In this document: piece by piece, positions 59,667 through 64,000 of the stretch
Layout: the number at the start of each line of letters is the position of its first letter
Position numbering within the stretch: position 1 is the first letter of the stretch
DNA from: the human T2T-CHM13v2.0 reference genome, Homo sapiens
NCBI RefSeq assembly: GCF_009914755.1
Contig: NC_060929.1
Direction: 5' to 3' (one strand)
DNA length: 64,000 bases
Program-made: the position numbers and the translations under genes
The notes under the pieces: generated by a model
Database searches by the model: none
Told to the model about the DNA's origin: nothing
The model's input: the letters and a program-made list of their open reading frames with translations, nothing else

Positions 59667-60977
59667 TACTCAGCTTTGATTATGCAGTGTCTAATAATTT
59701 ATTGAATAATTCTTACTGTTGGCTGGCCACTAGGAATTGTTTTAACATTTAACATTTAAAGTACAATGTTAACTTGCTGAAGTGTTTATTTTTTATCAAA
59801 AAAATTCAATATGACCATACACTCAGATAATATACTACAAAATGATTAGTTTTACCAGTAGGGAATTTTTGGCTGTAAATGTTACACCTGTGAAAATATA
59901 CATTGCAGTCTTTTGCAATAGGTTGATTAATCAGTTGTTGGCATAACTAGAGCATATTAAGATCTGACTAATCTAAAATTCTTAAAATCAAACACGTATT
60001 GAATATATGTTAGGAGCAGCATTTGTAATAGAAAACCTAGGGTTAAATACTATGCAAATATTATACTGGATTATTTGTCTGGTGCAGTGTTTTATCTTTA
60101 ATATAATAATTTATCTATAATTTATTTTAAAATTGTAACTAAATATTAATTCTCAAACTAAAAAATTGAGTGACTTAAGAGATGGGGATAGGATTTATAA
60201 GTTGTCTATGTTCTTGCAGTAAGTCTGGTGGATATAGGCCTTGGCAATTACCCTTGTACAAAATAAAATAAGAATATAATATTGTTAAGTGGATTATTCA
60301 TTGTTAGGGATATAACTGTTGACATTGGCTGGCAAGTTTATAATTACTTATTAAAATTCAATAATCAGTAATTGAAATATAATCATAAATCATATAATGA
60401 TGATTAATTTCACCATCTGGATTTTTACAACCACTAATTTTTACATCTGGATTCTGAGAAGTCTTTAATTCAGCAAAAAGCATACATGAAAATATCCCAT
60501 GAGGAAAATAGATCTAATTTTATTAAAAATGTAACTTTCCCATTGCTTATTTCCCTTTTGGCTAAAATCTACTATAAAAATAAAACTCTCCCCAAATTTT
60601 AGTATACCTGATGACACAGCAATCAAGTTTGCTTGTTCGTTTTTTTCCTTTGAAGACATTGAATAAAATCCAAGAACCACTTAGAAATTTGTTCTTGTAA
60701 AGAACTTTTGAATTAACCTCATTCAGCCTTTCTTAAAAAAAATACTCAGCTTTGACTATGTGATATCTAACAATGTACTTAATAATTCTTAATGTTGACT
60801 GGTTACTAGAAATTGTTTTAACACTTAAAGTACAATGTTAACTTGTTAAATCGCTTATTTCTTATAAAAATTCAATATTACCACACACTCAAATAATACA
60901 TTACAAAATGACTCGTCATAAAGAAGGAATTTTTTTGGCTCTAAAAATTGCATCTACAAAAATATATATTGTAGTCT
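59667..60977 (+). repeat. Diverged ~240-bp direct duplication (59667-59911 and 60743-60977)
   Basis: Shared collinear blocks TACTCAGCTTTGA, AATAATTCTTA, AATTGTTTTAACA, TTAAAGTACAATGTTAACTTG, AAAATTCAATAT, TACAAAATGA. Confidence 0.9.
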
Positions 60978-61129
60978 GATTTTTGACTAATTGTGTTTTT
61001 TTTTGTCCTAAAATAATGTAAATGCTAACGAGCCAAGTTCACACTCCCCAAATGCTGAGCCAAGTTCACGCTCTCCCAGCTAAGAGGAGAGGAGGACCCT
61101 GCTAGAATAACAAAAGGGAAATAGCCCAT

Positions 61130-61510
61130 TTAGTCAATGCATTACATATTTATTGAGAACTTATTTTGTGCCAGGGAATATGCAAGGTGTTGGGGAAGTT
61201 TACAATACAATAGATAAGACAAATATTCCAATACAATGCTGCTCAGACTGTAATAAGTGTTGTCACAAGAGGAAAAGGGAGCTACAGATGAAAGCAAACC
61301 ACATGCAATGAAGAATGAGTGGGATTTTAACAGAGGAAGATGGATGACATCATTCCTGGCATAGTGGGAAATTCTGGGAGAACAGTGAGCAGACTTGCTT
61401 GGCTGGAGAGCACAATGCTGTAGCTGTAGGGTAGCAATGGATAGGGCCAGGAAGATTAGATAAGAGCTCGAATGTGGGGGACCCTGAATGAAAGGCAAAA
61501 AGTTTCCAAA
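61130..61510 (-). mobile_element. L2 3' fragment
   Basis: ATATTTATTGAG..CTTATTTTGTGCCAGG followed by purine-rich reverse L2 sequence. Confidence 0.65.
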
Positions 61511-61519
61511 TTTCAATGT

Positions 61520-61692
61520 ACAAACAGTTTCATTGGAACACAGTCATATCTATTTGTTTACATATTGCCCACAGCTGCTTTCAACCTGCAACAGCAGCAG
61601 GGTTGAATAATATCAACAGAGAATATATGGTTCACAAAACTGAAAATATTAGCTGTCTCACCCAGCACAGCAAAAGTTTGCCAACCCTTGAC
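61520..61692. mobile_element. MER58A fragment
   Basis: GTTTCATTGGAACACAG...AAAAGTTTGCCAACCCTTG. Confidence 0.75.
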
Positions 61693-61836
61693 CTACAGTG
61701 TATACAGTTTGGTATCTGTGTAGTGAAATAGATTCTCATAGATTCTCACATCTATCACCTCTGGGCATGTTTATACAGTCTGAGCAGCATTATATTGGAA
61801 TACCTATCTTATCTATTGTATACATGCAGCACCCCC

Positions 61837-62137
<301 letters not shown>

Positions 62138-62841
62138 ATGGCTGCAGCACTTTTAGAGGGCAGTTTGACAATAGATATCAAAGGCCTCAACATATTCAAG
62201 AAATCTGCACGTTACTTTGCATCCTTCAGGTGATTCTGCTGCAGGTGGTTCTGAAACCACATTCTAAAAAATAATGTTCTCTAGTGTCTCTACTTTGAGA
62301 CTCTTTCTATTGAAAATCATTTTACAATACGTGTTACTGGTGCCTCCTAACTTGGAGAAGATTCCTAGGTCACACTTTCCTACTAGTGCTGGTGTTAGGT
62401 GAAGTATCTTCAGTAAGGAACTGTTCTTTCAGCACCATGACCTTCAGCTCCTTCTAAAAGCAGTTCACACACCTGAATGCAGTCTGGAATTATGGGTCCC
62501 TCTTCAAAGAGCAAATCCTTAGAACTCAGAATTCTCTCTTTTAAATGGTAAATAGCCTCATATTGATTGCAAATCTTACAACTTTGGATTTGTCTTAATT
62601 TCATCAGAATATTCAGACTGGTTTTAGATTTTTAAATTTTCCTCAAAGAGTGTGTTTTGACCCTCCTTTGAGAAGCAAAAACTTACAGGTTCACAGTCAG
62701 GAAACATATTCTACACATAGTTCTTATTGTATAGTATCTTGTCTTAGTTTTATTGTTTTTTAAGCTGGAAAACTTTGCTTTAAAATTCAATGTTAATTCC
62801 AGAGAGTTTAAATTGTGTTCCTTGTGTTTAGAAGGACACAC

Positions 62842-63057
62842 ACCAGCCTGTGCAACATAGTTAGACCCCCATTTTTACCAAAAAAAAATTTAAAATTAGC
62901 TGGTCATGGTGGTGTACTACTATAGTCCCAGCTACTCGGGAGGCTGAGGTGGGAGGATTGCTTGAGCCCAGGACGCTGAGGCTGCAGCAATTATGCCACT
63001 GTAGTCCAGCCTGGGTGATAGAGAGAGACCCTGGCTCAAAAAAGAAAAAAAAAAAAA
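62842..63057 (+). mobile_element. 5'-truncated AluJ
   Basis: GGAGGATTGCTTGAGCCCAGG; TSD AAGGACA(C/T)AC. Confidence 0.9.
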
Positions 63058-64000
63058 GGACATACATACAATCTAGGCTGAGGTTAGCAATTTAATTTAT
63101 CCAGTTGCTCCCTGTTTCCAAATCTGAAGCAAACTGATGTTTTAGCTAATATTTCTTTTTGTCCAAAGGCAAAGTTTGAGAATGCTTAGGAAAGGCTAAT
63201 AAATGAAAAAGAAAAGAGAAAGTTACTGGTTAAGTAAAACAGTCTATATGTTTCTGCCATCTTGTACCAAACAACTTTTGTTCCACTTCATGGAAGCTGA
63301 CAATGCAGGGGTTTGGATTCACATGAGGTGTAATCAAGGTGGTCCAGTGTGGATTACAGAAATCAGATGTACAGTATTTTAAAAGAGATTTTTATATGGA
63401 TTCAGCCTATGTAGGCATGTTGTTACGCACATCTAATGCATCAGTCACTGTAGGATCTCTCAACATCATGGGAGAGACAAACAAATGAAATGAAATGCAA
63501 ATGAAAATATAGCCTGCTAAATAGTACCAAAAGGGTCAGCCCAGACACAAGACACATAAAGCCATCTCTAGAGGGTAAGGGAAAGTGACTTCTGAAGAAT
63601 GAGTAAGAAGAAAAGTGGTATTGAAGGCACACACTACAGAAAAGAAGAAAAGAAAATTCTATGTAGGACACCAGTGGCAAGAAATAGCTTGGCTGGTTCT
63701 TGGAATTGCAAATAGTTTCCTATGAGCGAGTGGGAGAAGCAGAGTGTGAAGAGTACAGTGAATAGACATGATATATGTAGGTGAGTATGTACATACAATT
63801 TTGAACACGCAAGAATATTGTATTAGTGTAAAAATAAAAAAATGTGAAAAGTCTAGAAAAGGTGGTTCACAGAGGAACAATAGGCATAAAAGTACTCAGT
63901 GCCTGGTAATTCCTCGATAAATGTCAGCTATTTTAGTAATGCAAGTGTGCAATTTAGGTTTTCTGAGATAGGATACTTTATTTGCTCTCCAGTTTGATCT

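Noticed and set aside
62428-62448. REST/NRSE site (TTCAGCACCA)
   Set aside because: Only the left half-site matches; the GGACAG half is absent.

Overview
Human genomic DNA (a human-specific AluYb8 is present). The only protein-coding exon found is the first exon of the long isoform of DPYSL3 (CRMP4, long form also called CRMP4b/TUC-4b). It lies on the minus strand at 51637-51257: 127 codons, strong Kozak context, canonical AAG|GTAAGG donor, inside a CpG island. Everything from 51256 down to the window start is its long first intron, and no further DPYSL3 exon was recognised. Above about 52 kb is upstream or intergenic sequence. Most of the window is transposon-derived: MER41A, a decayed ERV-L (HERV16/LTR16-type) provirus with a nested ERV1 solo LTR, MaLR LTRs, a ~11 kb ancient L1MC-type element carrying seven nested insertions, ~20 Alus, L2, MIR, CR1 and MER58. 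I see no prokaryote-type system and no new gene. The most unusual unexplained structures are: (1) a gap-free 114-bp inverted repeat of non-TE-looking sequence bracketing two Alus (29954-30955); (2) a ~240-bp local direct duplication (59667-60977); (3) a cryptic motif array just upstream of the promoter; (4) an in-frame intron read-through that could encode the isolated N-terminal domain. Repeat subfamily names come from recalled consensus sequences, not from a search.
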